Shown here: positions 31,380-40,801 of the stretch, piece after piece | Numbering within the stretch: the stretch's first letter is position 1 | Layout: the number at the start of each line of letters is the position of its first letter | From: an uncultured Clostridia bacterium | GTDB taxonomy: Bacteria; Bacillota; Clostridia; TANB77; CAG-508 | Length of the DNA stretch: 64,000 bases | Direction: 5' to 3' | NCBI GenBank assembly: GCA_934130085.1 | Contig: CAKOXK010000001.1 | Location: 7,288 to 71,287, forward strand | Notes under the pieces: generated by a model | Database searches by the model: none | What the model was told of the DNA's origin: nothing | Seen by the model: the letters and a program-made list of their open reading frames with translations, nothing else | Program-made: the position numbers and the translations under genes

Positions 31380-34300
31380 ATGAAGAAAAAAATTAGATTA
31401 ATAATATTGTTGATATTATTAATTGGAATTTCCTTACTTTTGAGTAACAAAGTATATGCATCAGACTTTTATAGAAATGGTGGAGATGTTTTAGATTTTG
31501 ACTTGAGTGAGGGTGGGGTATACAATAATTTTTGTATAGATGATACAAAAACATACTCAGTACAAACTCATTCTGCTAAATATGCAACAACAAGTTATTC
31601 TCAAACGATGGGATTAATATTGAACCAAATAGCAACGTATAATGTAAAAGGTACATCAAGTAATATGCCACCATCAGTTGGATATGCATTATGGTACTTA
31701 CAAAAAACAGGGCATTTGCAAGAGGCATTCAGTTCACAAGATAATCCATACTGGTCAGCTTTACAATACATTATATACAGAGCAACTGCAGAATATGGAG
31801 AAGATATATGTGAAAATGCATCATTAAATGTTACTACATCAACAGATGTATCAAAATGGTCAGATATTTACGCAAGGTGCTATTACGAGATATTTTCAAA
31901 ATTAGGAAAAGACACACCTCTTTTTGATGTAATATCGTATGAAGATGAATTAGCAGTAAATGTTGATCAAGAAGAAAAAACAATAGTAGTTGGTCCATAT
32001 TATCTTGAATTAAATGTAGATGCAAGTAATAACGCAAAAAGATATTTGTATAATCAACTTATTAGAAATGGGGTAGATGATAATACAGCATTTGCAACAT
32101 TTGATAAAATAAAGAATATGAACTGTGATAAAGGGGAGGAGCCAATATTCATAAATAAAAATGGAAAACAAATAAAATTCCCTAATTTTGTAACAGGAGA
32201 AGCATTCTACATTAAGTTTAAACCTGGAAATGAAGGTTTCATCACAGATGTAGCCAAAAGAGATGAAGAATACAAAAAGAAACCTGTAATTTCTGTTAAC
32301 TATATAAACGGTTTTACAGGAGATGTAACAAAACTTGGTTCAGTTTCAGCTACATTTAGTCCTCTATACGTAAATGTTGAGGCACCAGATGTATATGTAA
32401 TATCAAAAAAATTTGCCTATGGAGAGCCGGGAGATCCTTATGCATGTGATTCATCACATTCATACTGGAGAGCATGGTTTTATGTAACAGTTGGCATTAC
32501 ATTCCATATCTATGAGACAACAGGAAATTCGTCGTACAGTAAAAAAACAATTACTATACCTAAAAAATTACCACAGCCTATAGAATATGAAGCTTGGCTT
32601 GGATCATATAACGATCCAGATTATCATGAACCAGAACTTGACGAGGATGGAAATGTTATAAAGGGTGAATATTATACAGACAATTGGAAACCGACGGATT
32701 ATGCTAAAGAACAAAAAAGTGATCCAAAAAACTATGATAGAGTTAGAAATCCTACAGATCAGAATATTGGAACATATACACTTGAAGGTGTATCAGCTTT
32801 ACAGTCATTAGCAAGACCTAAACTAGTTGCAAGAGGAAATGCAAATGATTCCGGATACAAATTCATAGAGAATGATGGGGGAGCAAGCATTGTTGAAAAC
32901 AGATCATACTGTGAAAACAAAGAAATAAATATGCTTATTCAAGGTTCAGTCTGGAAAGATATGCCTACAGAAAGTAAAGCATACACTGTTGATGGAAAAA
33001 ATGATAGAGTTGGAAATGGTACTCAACAAACAAGTGCAGGAGTTGATTTAGTATTCCCAGGAGTACAAGTTTCATTATATGAATTAAAAGACAAAAGTGA
33101 CGGTTCACCAAAGCTAATAGCAACAACCACTACAGATAAAAACGGAAAATACTATTTCTTTGGAAAGAACCCAAATAGTCCAGAAGAACCATTAATGAAT
33201 CCATTAAGAAAATATTTTGTAGTATTTACATTTAATGGACAATTATATCAGGCAACATATTATAAAAACAAATTAGCAAAGGGTACAAATGATGGTTACT
33301 CAAATGCTAAAGAAGCAGTAGACCATGCAGATTATAGTATGGAGATAACGCGTAACACAATTAATGCACGTTTTGCTACAATATCACCGTCAAGCAATAA
33401 CTATGCATCTCCATCAAAAGGCGGAGCAAATGCAGCTTATGCATATAATGGTGAGATAAAAGATGAAAATGGAAATTTAACTGGAAAACAATATAGAGAT
33501 GTATGGGCAGAATTTATACAAGCTTCTACATTTAAGGGTTCAGAAGTACAAGATCCAGTTAAAGAAGACTATGATAAAGTTTGGGATAGACAGCAAACTT
33601 ATGAAGAAGCTTATGGAAGTTTAGCAACACTAGATTCAGTTAAGAACTTTATAAAAGATAGTATGATGACAGCAAAATCATATCAAATGGGAGATGACAC
33701 ATCACTATACCCAGTATATGATCAATTTCAAATTGAAAGCATTGATAAAACCTCAAATAAATATGCAGGAATTGAACCAAGGATTGATTATAGTGCACTT
33801 CCAGGTGATGCTTGGACATATGAACCTGTAACTAGGCCATTTAAACGCAATGATCCTAGCTCTTCTGCAGGAGGACCAAAAAGTATAAAGGATTTAAATA
33901 AAGAACAAATGCTGGCTTTGAAAAAAGGACATGGTTTGCTAGGAAATGTAAACTTTCCACGTGCTAGTGTAGACGCGGATTACAAAAATAAAACTATAAC
34001 TGTAATGGTTCCTAAACTTAACCCTAAATACAACCTATCAGACTACATTGTTAATTACCCTAAAGATTATGAGGTTATTGGTATTACATACCATTACTTA
34101 TATACTGTTAAATCAGCTCAGTGCTTCTATGCAAACTTTGGTGTTACATGGCGTGAAGAGCCAGAAATGTCAATTCAAAAAGACGTATATAAAGCAAGAG
34201 TTATAGTAAACGGTAAAGAGCACACATATAATTACAACTCATCAGCATCAGGAGATTCTGATGAAAACGTATGGACAACACAGTTAAAAGCTGCAGATGT

Positions 34301-37300
34301 ATTATACAATGCAAGCCTAGGATATAATTATGAAAGAGATGTTTATAAAGCAGATTATATCTTTACAGGTAAAGGCGATGAAGCAATCAAAAACATGCAA
34401 ATCATCGTAACATATAGAATTACCTTGAAAAATACAGGCAATGTCAAGATGAGGGTAAATGAACTCGTAGACTACTACGATTATGATAACTATCAATTTG
34501 ATGTTACAACAAATACAAGCCCAGACTCAACCGGCGAATTACCAGCAAGGTGGTATAACACTTATGATTATGCAAATGGAGATGGCTCAAATGTAACAAG
34601 CAGTGAACCAAGCTCATACATAGGATCAAACAAAAAAGGTGGAATACAATCAACTGGTGGACTAAAAGTATATGGTTCATCACGTACATCAAAAGATGGC
34701 GGATATGGCAATAATTATCAAGCCGAAACACTAACAGGTGGAAACTACAATTATCATGCAATATACTTAACTGGAATAGTAAACCAAAACGGTTCAGAGT
34801 GGTTTGATCCAGGTCAAAAAGGATACGTATATGTATCATTCAGAGTAAAAACAGACTCAAACGGAAAAATTAAACTAGATGAATCACCAGATGGATCATT
34901 TTCATCATATCCAGGAAAACGTAATATCATAGAAATCAATAGTTATTCAACTAAGTATGTGGATGCTGCAACAGTACCAGATACATTAGATGATGGCGAC
35001 GGAAGACATGATAGAGCAGTTGGCGGACAAGATGCAGGTTTAATTGATAAAAGTTCAAACCCAGGTAACTTAGCAACAACTGATTTAACATCAGAAGGTT
35101 ACTTAGATTACACAGTAACAGAAAAGAATAAAGAATATAAAGATGAGTTTGGCGGAAATCTCTTTATGGATAGTAGAGGAGAAGGTTTAATAGCCGATAG
35201 AATTCCTCACGTAGAACCAGATACAGATGAAGCATTACCATTTAGAGTAATAATCAAACTAGGAGTTGATACTGAGGTTTCAGGTTATGTATATGAAGAT
35301 AACAGAAACACAGCCAACGACAACGCCATCGTAGGAAACGGTGTTGATGATTCAGAACCAAGAATTTCTGGTGTAACAACTCAATTAATTGAGTTAGTAC
35401 AAGATGTAGACGAAAATGGTATATCAAAAGGAACATATAATAGTGAAAGAGTAGTAGGAGTATATAGATCAACAAATGGTGTTATCGATGAAGTAAATAA
35501 CAATGTAGATTACTACAGTGCTAAAGATTCAGGCGGAAAATCACAAGTTGTATACTCAGACCATAGCTCAAATATATTCTATGTAGAACCACAAAATCTA
35601 TCAAAAGGACAATACTCATTCTTATCAATACCAGCAGGTATGTATTACGTAAGATTTACTTATGGTGATAAAACGAGAACAACCTTAACAAATAGTAACT
35701 CAAACGAGGTAAACGTATTACTTGGAGAACAAGGCTTTAACGATAAATCATACAATGGTCAAGATTACAAATCAACAGTATATCAAGCAGGTCTAAGCCA
35801 AGATCACCAATACTACGGAGTAAGTGGATTCAAAAATTCTGATACACAAAACTATACATCATCATCAAATGATACAGAACCATTAAGCATAACAGGAGAC
35901 TACAAATCAAGAATGTATAATTACGACATAAATGCAGGTTCAGCACGTCAAGGAGTATCAGATGCAAAAGATGTTTACGCATATCGTCAAAGACAAATAA
36001 ACTACTCAACAACAGTAACAAACTACAAATCAGAAGTACTAGATTCATTTGAAAAGTTAGGAACTTATGTTCCAACAGATGCCAGCGGAAAAGTAGATAT
36101 AAACACACAAAAATCATTACAATCTTCAATGGTAAATGAATTAATGGAAAACACAAAACAAGTAGCACAAACAGGTACAATAGATGTAGAGGTTGAATAT
36201 AACAGAACATCATCATCAGAGGAAGTTGGAAATAACAATGGTAGTGAATATAAGATTACAGATGTTGATTTAGGACTAGTTGAAAGACCACGTTCACAAT
36301 TAAAAATGAACAAAGAGATAGCAAACTTTAAAGTAGTACTTGAATCAGGAGATGTACTATTCAATGCTACGAAAACAGTAAATAACTTATACTTTGCAGA
36401 GCATCAAGGACACTATGTAATTTACTATAGAGACCATAACGCATGGAATCAAAATTCAGGAAACCTTGCACAAACACAGCTACCACCAAGACTATACAGA
36501 TTAGCAGGAACAATAGTATCAGCAAACAGCACAGAAACGCCAGAATTATTACAAGCATACATTGATGATGAATTGTTAGAAGGTGCAAGAATTCAAATAA
36601 CCTATGCATACAAAGTAGAAAACGTAGGTGAAATTGATTACCTAGATAAACAATTCTACTATACCGGAAAAACAAATAATACATCAGCATCTAACATTTC
36701 AAGAACAAGTGCAGACACAGTTATAGATTATGTAACAAACGAAATTAAATATGCAAAAGACTATAACTCAGAAAATAACTGGAATGTAAGATATGCAAAC
36801 GAATTAACAAATACATCAGCAAAAGGTGAAACAGACTTAGTAAACAGACAATACGCAACAAGATTAAAAACATACAATACATTATTAACTACAGAAGATA
36901 TGAATGGAGGATTACTACCAAGAGCAATAGCATCAGACTACAATGAAGCAACATCAAAAGATACATCATTAATACTTACAACTACAGTATCAACAAACAA
37001 TTCAGGAGACAACCTAGTATACAATAACCTAACAGAAATTGTTAAGATGACAAATAGCCAAGGTAGAAGAATGCAATTTGCAATAGTAGGAAACCAAATC
37101 ATGGCAGACCAAAGTTTAGGCAATAATGCAGCATCAAGCGAGTTATCAAAGATTAAACTAGTAACACCATCAGAAATAGATGCAGACTCAGCACAACAAG
37201 TTGTATTAATGCCACCAACAGGTGCTAACAAGAATTACTTACCATACATTCTAGCAGCACTAGTATCAGCCGGATTAATTATAGCTGCAGTAGTAATAAT

Positions 37301-37334
37301 CAAAACAAAAGTCTTAAAAGGAAAAGCAAAATAA
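31380..37334 (+). CDS. Giant cell-wall-anchored adhesin-like protein (Cna-B/SdrD-B-type modules; PPxTG-type sortase sorting signal)
   Basis: 1984 aa. Signal peptide. Cna-B-like modules (VSGYVYEDNRNTANDNAIVGNGVDD..., VFPGVQVSLYELKDKSDG...GKYYFFG). C-terminal MPPTG + hydrophobic stretch + KTKVLKGKAK resembles the (S/P)PxTG sortase substrates of Clostridia. Confidence 0.8.
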   Translation: MKKKIRLIILLILLIGISLLLSNKVYASDFYRNGGDVLDFDLSEGGVYNNFCIDDTKTYSVQTHSAKYATTSYSQTMGLILNQIATYNVKGTSSNMPPSVGYALWYLQKTGHLQEAFSSQDNPYWSALQYIIYRATAEYGEDICENASLNVTTSTDVSKWSDIYARCYYEIFSKLGKDTPLFDVISYEDELAVNVDQEEKTIVVGPYYLELNVDASNNAKRYLYNQLIRNGVDDNTAFATFDKIKNMNCDKGEEPIFINKNGKQIKFPNFVTGEAFYIKFKPGNEGFITDVAKRDEEYKKKPVISVNYINGFTGDVTKLGSVSATFSPLYVNVEAPDVYVISKKFAYGEPGDPYACDSSHSYWRAWFYVTVGITFHIYETTGNSSYSKKTITIPKKLPQPIEYEAWLGSYNDPDYHEPELDEDGNVIKGEYYTDNWKPTDYAKEQKSDPKNYDRVRNPTDQNIGTYTLEGVSALQSLARPKLVARGNANDSGYKFIENDGGASIVENRSYCENKEINMLIQGSVWKDMPTESKAYTVDGKNDRVGNGTQQTSAGVDLVFPGVQVSLYELKDKSDGSPKLIATTTTDKNGKYYFFGKNPNSPEEPLMNPLRKYFVVFTFNGQLYQATYYKNKLAKGTNDGYSNAKEAVDHADYSMEITRNTINARFATISPSSNNYASPSKGGANAAYAYNGEIKDENGNLTGKQYRDVWAEFIQASTFKGSEVQDPVKEDYDKVWDRQQTYEEAYGSLATLDSVKNFIKDSMMTAKSYQMGDDTSLYPVYDQFQIESIDKTSNKYAGIEPRIDYSALPGDAWTYEPVTRPFKRNDPSSSAGGPKSIKDLNKEQMLALKKGHGLLGNVNFPRASVDADYKNKTITVMVPKLNPKYNLSDYIVNYPKDYEVIGITYHYLYTVKSAQCFYANFGVTWREEPEMSIQKDVYKARVIVNGKEHTYNYNSSASGDSDENVWTTQLKAADVLYNASLGYNYERDVYKADYIFTGKGDEAIKNMQIIVTYRITLKNTGNVKMRVNELVDYYDYDNYQFDVTTNTSPDSTGELPARWYNTYDYANGDGSNVTSSEPSSYIGSNKKGGIQSTGGLKVYGSSRTSKDGGYGNNYQAETLTGGNYNYHAIYLTGIVNQNGSEWFDPGQKGYVYVSFRVKTDSNGKIKLDESPDGSFSSYPGKRNIIEINSYSTKYVDAATVPDTLDDGDGRHDRAVGGQDAGLIDKSSNPGNLATTDLTSEGYLDYTVTEKNKEYKDEFGGNLFMDSRGEGLIADRIPHVEPDTDEALPFRVIIKLGVDTEVSGYVYEDNRNTANDNAIVGNGVDDSEPRISGVTTQLIELVQDVDENGISKGTYNSERVVGVYRSTNGVIDEVNNNVDYYSAKDSGGKSQVVYSDHSSNIFYVEPQNLSKGQYSFLSIPAGMYYVRFTYGDKTRTTLTNSNSNEVNVLLGEQGFNDKSYNGQDYKSTVYQAGLSQDHQYYGVSGFKNSDTQNYTSSSNDTEPLSITGDYKSRMYNYDINAGSARQGVSDAKDVYAYRQRQINYSTTVTNYKSEVLDSFEKLGTYVPTDASGKVDINTQKSLQSSMVNELMENTKQVAQTGTIDVEVEYNRTSSSEEVGNNNGSEYKITDVDLGLVERPRSQLKMNKEIANFKVVLESGDVLFNATKTVNNLYFAEHQGHYVIYYRDHNAWNQNSGNLAQTQLPPRLYRLAGTIVSANSTETPELLQAYIDDELLEGARIQITYAYKVENVGEIDYLDKQFYYTGKTNNTSASNISRTSADTVIDYVTNEIKYAKDYNSENNWNVRYANELTNTSAKGETDLVNRQYATRLKTYNTLLTTEDMNGGLLPRAIASDYNEATSKDTSLILTTTVSTNNSGDNLVYNNLTEIVKMTNSQGRRMQFAIVGNQIMADQSLGNNAASSELSKIKLVTPSEIDADSAQQVVLMPPTGANKNYLPYILAALVSAGLIIAAVVIIKTKVLKGKAK

Positions 37335-37423
37335 CAAAAATGCATGAAGTTAAGGCAAAAAGCAGATAATACTGCAAAATGCAATTAAACTAAGCAAAAA
37401 GTAATACCTTTTCACATAAATAA

Positions 37424-37456
37424 AATAAGTTCCTCAAATAATTGAGGAGCTTATTT
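37424..37456 (+). terminator. Rho-independent terminator after the 1984-aa surface-protein gene
   Basis: aaataagttcctcaa-ataa-ttgaggagcttattt. Confidence 0.65.
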
Positions 37457-37457
37457 A

Positions 37458-37520
37458 CATGTTTGCACCATTCGTGCTAGTTTTGCTCACTTGACGCTTA
37501 GCGTTATTTCAAACAATATC
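37458..37520. repeat. Structured repeat element, copy C (3' half, diverged), immediately followed by copy B
   Basis: tttgcaccattcgtgctagttttgctcacttgacgcttagcg...caaacaatat aligns with the 3' half of copies A and B. Confidence 0.55.
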
Positions 37521-37536
37521 AAAAAAAGATTTAATA

Positions 37537-37660
37537 TATATTGTTTTTCATGCCTTGCTTACTGCAATCTTCATTCTCCAAACTTAACTTTCGGAAGATT
37601 GCACCATTCGCGCTCGCTTCGCTCACTTGATCGCTACGCGGCATTTTAAACAATATATAT
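37537..37660. repeat. Structured repeat element, copy B (full length, ~124 bp)
   Basis: tatattgtttttcatgcc...tgcaatcttc...acttaactttcggaagattgcaccattcgcgctcgcttcgctcacttgatcgctacgc...aaacaatata. About 95% identical to copy A over a 70-bp core. Confidence 0.7.
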
Positions 37661-37942
37661 AAATCTTTTTTCTGCATTACTATTAAATTTTTATTCATTA
37701 ATGCAACTTATGGAGCTTTAATTTGTAATATACGCTAAGTAAAAAGTTAAATGCAATTTGTAATATACGACAAAAGATTGTAAACATATTGTAATTTTTT
37801 GAAAAATATAATAGAATATGAACAATCAAAGTAACATATTGTAGAAAACTTTTTATATTCTACTGACTACTTTTGACAAAATATACAAATGACAAATACT
37901 AAAATGATGGTAACAATAAATCAAAAGTTAAGAGGTGTAAAA

Positions 37943-40516
37943 ATGTTACAAAACATTTCAGAAAAATACAATCAAGTATCCAATTCAGGAGCAGTAGAAG
38001 AAAATTATTCAAGTGAAAAAGTAAACTATAGAGAGGTCTTCTCTAAATTATTTACTAAACAAAAAATCATGATTTACATAGTTACTTTCATGATATCAAT
38101 GTGTTCATTTGGCGGAAATTCATCTAGCATGATTGTATCACCATTTGGACTTGCTATGATTGCTGCTAGCGTATCTTATGGTATGCCCGTTGCAATTGTG
38201 TATATTGCAAGTTTACTTGCAACCTTCATTAAGTTTGGGTTTAATGCGACAGCTATGTTTTTAATAACTTCAGCTGTAATGCTTGTTTTGATTTTAACAA
38301 GAAGACCGGCTGAAAGTGATGATGAACAAGAAAAGATAAAGCTTGGTTCATACTTATTTATATCAATAATGGTAGTATCAATCATTAGAACAATAATAAA
38401 AGGTTTTTTATTATATGATTTACTAGTTTCAGTTATATTAGCAGTTTCAGCATATATTTTTTATAAGATATTTGTAAATTCAATAGGTGTTATTGGAGAG
38501 TATGGAAATAAAAGTGTGTTTTCTATTGAAGAAGTTGTTGGAGCGAGTATGTTACTTGCAATTGCATTTTCATCTTTAGGAGGATTATCTTTATTCGGAT
38601 TTTCAATAAGAAATATATTATGCATTTTTTTAATACTTGTTTTAGGCTACAGAAATGGAATTTTAGTAGGTGGGGTATCAGGTATTACTGTTGGAATTGT
38701 GCTAGGCATAATAGGTGCAGGGGGTACAAACTTAATAGCCACGTATGCCATTTCTGGAATGCTAGCGGGTCTTTTAAATAGATTTGGAAAGCTAGGAGTA
38801 ATATTTGGTTTTGCATTAGGAAATATTTTAATATCTTATTCATCAAATGGTGGAGTTGATAGTATGATAATGTTCCAAGAAATATTAATTGCATCAATTG
38901 GTCTACTTGTGGTTCCAAAAAACATAAAAATTAGTGTAGAAGATTTATTACCAAAAACAAAGCTATTACCAGAGTCAACAGGTAGAATTGAAGAAAGTTC
39001 AGATACAATTCTAAAATTGAACAGCATTTCAAAAACGATAGAAGATATTTCAAACAATATACAAAAAGATTCATCTTATGAAGAAAATTACAAAATGTTT
39101 GAAAATAAAGTATATAAGGCCCTTGGAGCTGATGAGCAAAAAGAAGAAAGCAATTATCAGGAGAAGCAGAATAATAATTCTAATAGTACATACAACCAGA
39201 GCCATACCGAATTGTATGATGCCTCACAGAATATGTTTTATGATTATCTTGTTCAAGATGATGACAAAATTTTATCAGATATATTTGAAAATATCAGTCA
39301 AAATGCAATATTAACAGAAAATGCAATGATAGCGATATTAGCAAAACACAATATATATGTAATGACTTCAAATGATAATCTTCAAAAAGAAGCAGAAGAA
39401 AAAGATCTTCGTGAAATGATAAAAATAATAAATGTTTGTTTCAATGATTGCAAAAAAGACTTGATATGGCAACAAAAAATAAATGAGAACAATATAAAAA
39501 TGTCATCAGGTTTAAAAAATGTGAAAAGTGCAATTGATAATATAAAAACAGACATTCAGAAAGATGAGAAACTAGAAAAAGAAGACAAGTTCCAATCCCA
39601 AATAGAGAAGATAAAAAATATTTTATTAGATGATGATGTATATTTGCAAGATATAAAAATCAGAGAAGAAGAGAGCAAAAGGAAAATAATAACATGTTAT
39701 TTGCCAAAATGCATAGAAAAAGACATGCCAAATTGTCCTATTAAGAAAATTAAGAGAACAATAGAAGGGGTGTTTAATGAAAGATTAACCTTGCAAACAG
39801 GAGAGTGCGCGTTAAGGGCTGAAAAAGATAATTGTTCATGCACATTTATATCTTCAGATAGATTCATAATGCAAACAGCAATTGCAAGAGCAAAAAAAGA
39901 TGATTCAATAGTATCAGGTGATATGGTATCAGAAGCAAAATTACAAGATGGAAAATATCTTTTAGCTATAAGTGATGGTATGGGCTCAGGAGCAAATGCT
40001 AGAAAAAATAGCAAAATTGCAATAAGTATGCTAGAGAGAATGTTGATGTCAGGCTTTGAAAAAAACACATCAATAAACTTAATAAATTCAGCAATATTAA
40101 CATCAAACAATGAAGATATGTATGCAACGCTTGATGTAGCAATAGTAGACTTATATGATGGAAAAATAGAAATCCTAAAAAATGGAGCCTGTCCAACATA
40201 CATAAAAGAAAATAAGGGAATCAGCATGATAAGCTCGAACTCATTACCAACAGGAGTAATGAACAATGTACAAATAGACACATTTGAAAAGCAAATTAAT
40301 GATGGAGATATTTTAGTAATGGTAAGCGATGGAGTAATAGACTCGAACCAAGAATACGCTAAAGCAGAACTATGGGTAAAAGCGTTACTACAAGATATCC
40401 AAACAGACTCGCCAGAGCGAATCGCAGACATCATACTAAAAGAAACATTAGATAACAACTATGGCAGAGCAAAAGATGATATAACAGTTATAGTATCAAA
40501 AATTAATAAGAGATAA
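37943..40516 (+). CDS. spoIIE: Stage II sporulation protein E (SpoIIE; polytopic membrane domain + PP2C-type phosphatase)
   Basis: Track ORF 37889..40516. Probable start ATG ~37943 (RBS AAGAGGTG). About 10 N-terminal TM helices. C-terminal PP2C motifs (LAISDGMGSG..., VAIVDLYDGKIEILKNGA, ILVMVSDGV). Confidence 0.9.
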   Translation: MLQNISEKYNQVSNSGAVEENYSSEKVNYREVFSKLFTKQKIMIYIVTFMISMCSFGGNSSSMIVSPFGLAMIAASVSYGMPVAIVYIASLLATFIKFGFNATAMFLITSAVMLVLILTRRPAESDDEQEKIKLGSYLFISIMVVSIIRTIIKGFLLYDLLVSVILAVSAYIFYKIFVNSIGVIGEYGNKSVFSIEEVVGASMLLAIAFSSLGGLSLFGFSIRNILCIFLILVLGYRNGILVGGVSGITVGIVLGIIGAGGTNLIATYAISGMLAGLLNRFGKLGVIFGFALGNILISYSSNGGVDSMIMFQEILIASIGLLVVPKNIKISVEDLLPKTKLLPESTGRIEESSDTILKLNSISKTIEDISNNIQKDSSYEENYKMFENKVYKALGADEQKEESNYQEKQNNNSNSTYNQSHTELYDASQNMFYDYLVQDDDKILSDIFENISQNAILTENAMIAILAKHNIYVMTSNDNLQKEAEEKDLREMIKIINVCFNDCKKDLIWQQKINENNIKMSSGLKNVKSAIDNIKTDIQKDEKLEKEDKFQSQIEKIKNILLDDDVYLQDIKIREEESKRKIITCYLPKCIEKDMPNCPIKKIKRTIEGVFNERLTLQTGECALRAEKDNCSCTFISSDRFIMQTAIARAKKDDSIVSGDMVSEAKLQDGKYLLAISDGMGSGANARKNSKIAISMLERMLMSGFEKNTSINLINSAILTSNNEDMYATLDVAIVDLYDGKIEILKNGACPTYIKENKGISMISSNSLPTGVMNNVQIDTFEKQINDGDILVMVSDGVIDSNQEYAKAELWVKALLQDIQTDSPERIADIILKETLDNNYGRAKDDITVIVSKINKR

Positions 40517-40523
40517 ACATTTC

Positions 40524-40738
40524 ATGTCGGTCTAAAGCGACATGAAACCATCAAAATGTCGGTCTAAAGCGACATGAGACCACAAAAATGTCGGTCTAAA
40601 GCGACATGAGACCACCAAAGTGTCGGTCTAAAGCGACATGAAACCATTAAAATGTCGGTCTAAAGCGACATGAAACCACTAAAATGTCGGTCTAAAGCGA
40701 CATGAAACCACTAAAATGTCGGTTAAAACCGACATTTT
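40524..40738 (+). repeat. Tandem array of 6 x 32-bp hairpin repeats (atgtcggtctaaagcgacatgaaaccaNNaaa) plus a terminal terminator-like variant hairpin, directly after the spoIIE stop
   Basis: Units at 40524, 40556, 40588, 40621, 40652, 40684, plus a terminal atgtcggttaaaaccgacatttt at 40716-40738. Each unit holds the 6-7-bp inverted repeat (c)atgtcg/cgacat(g). Only 2-3 nt vary between units. Confidence 0.85.
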
Positions 40739-40801
40739 AAATATTATATATTGTAATTGATTTGATTTAATGTTAAAATTTAATTCAAGTTGGAGGTATG
40801 T

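Noticed and set aside
40524-40738. Possible CRISPR array (regular GC-rich direct repeats)
   Set aside because: The period is only 32 bp in total, and only 2-3 nt vary between units. There are no unique spacers, no leader and no cas genes in the window. It is a tandem hairpin repeat, not a CRISPR.
40524-40738. Mini-ORFs ATG-TCG-GTC-TAA (Met-Ser-Val-stop) present in every hairpin unit
   Set aside because: There is no RBS. This is a trivial consequence of the hairpin sequence (atgtcg...taa) and far too short to be meaningful.
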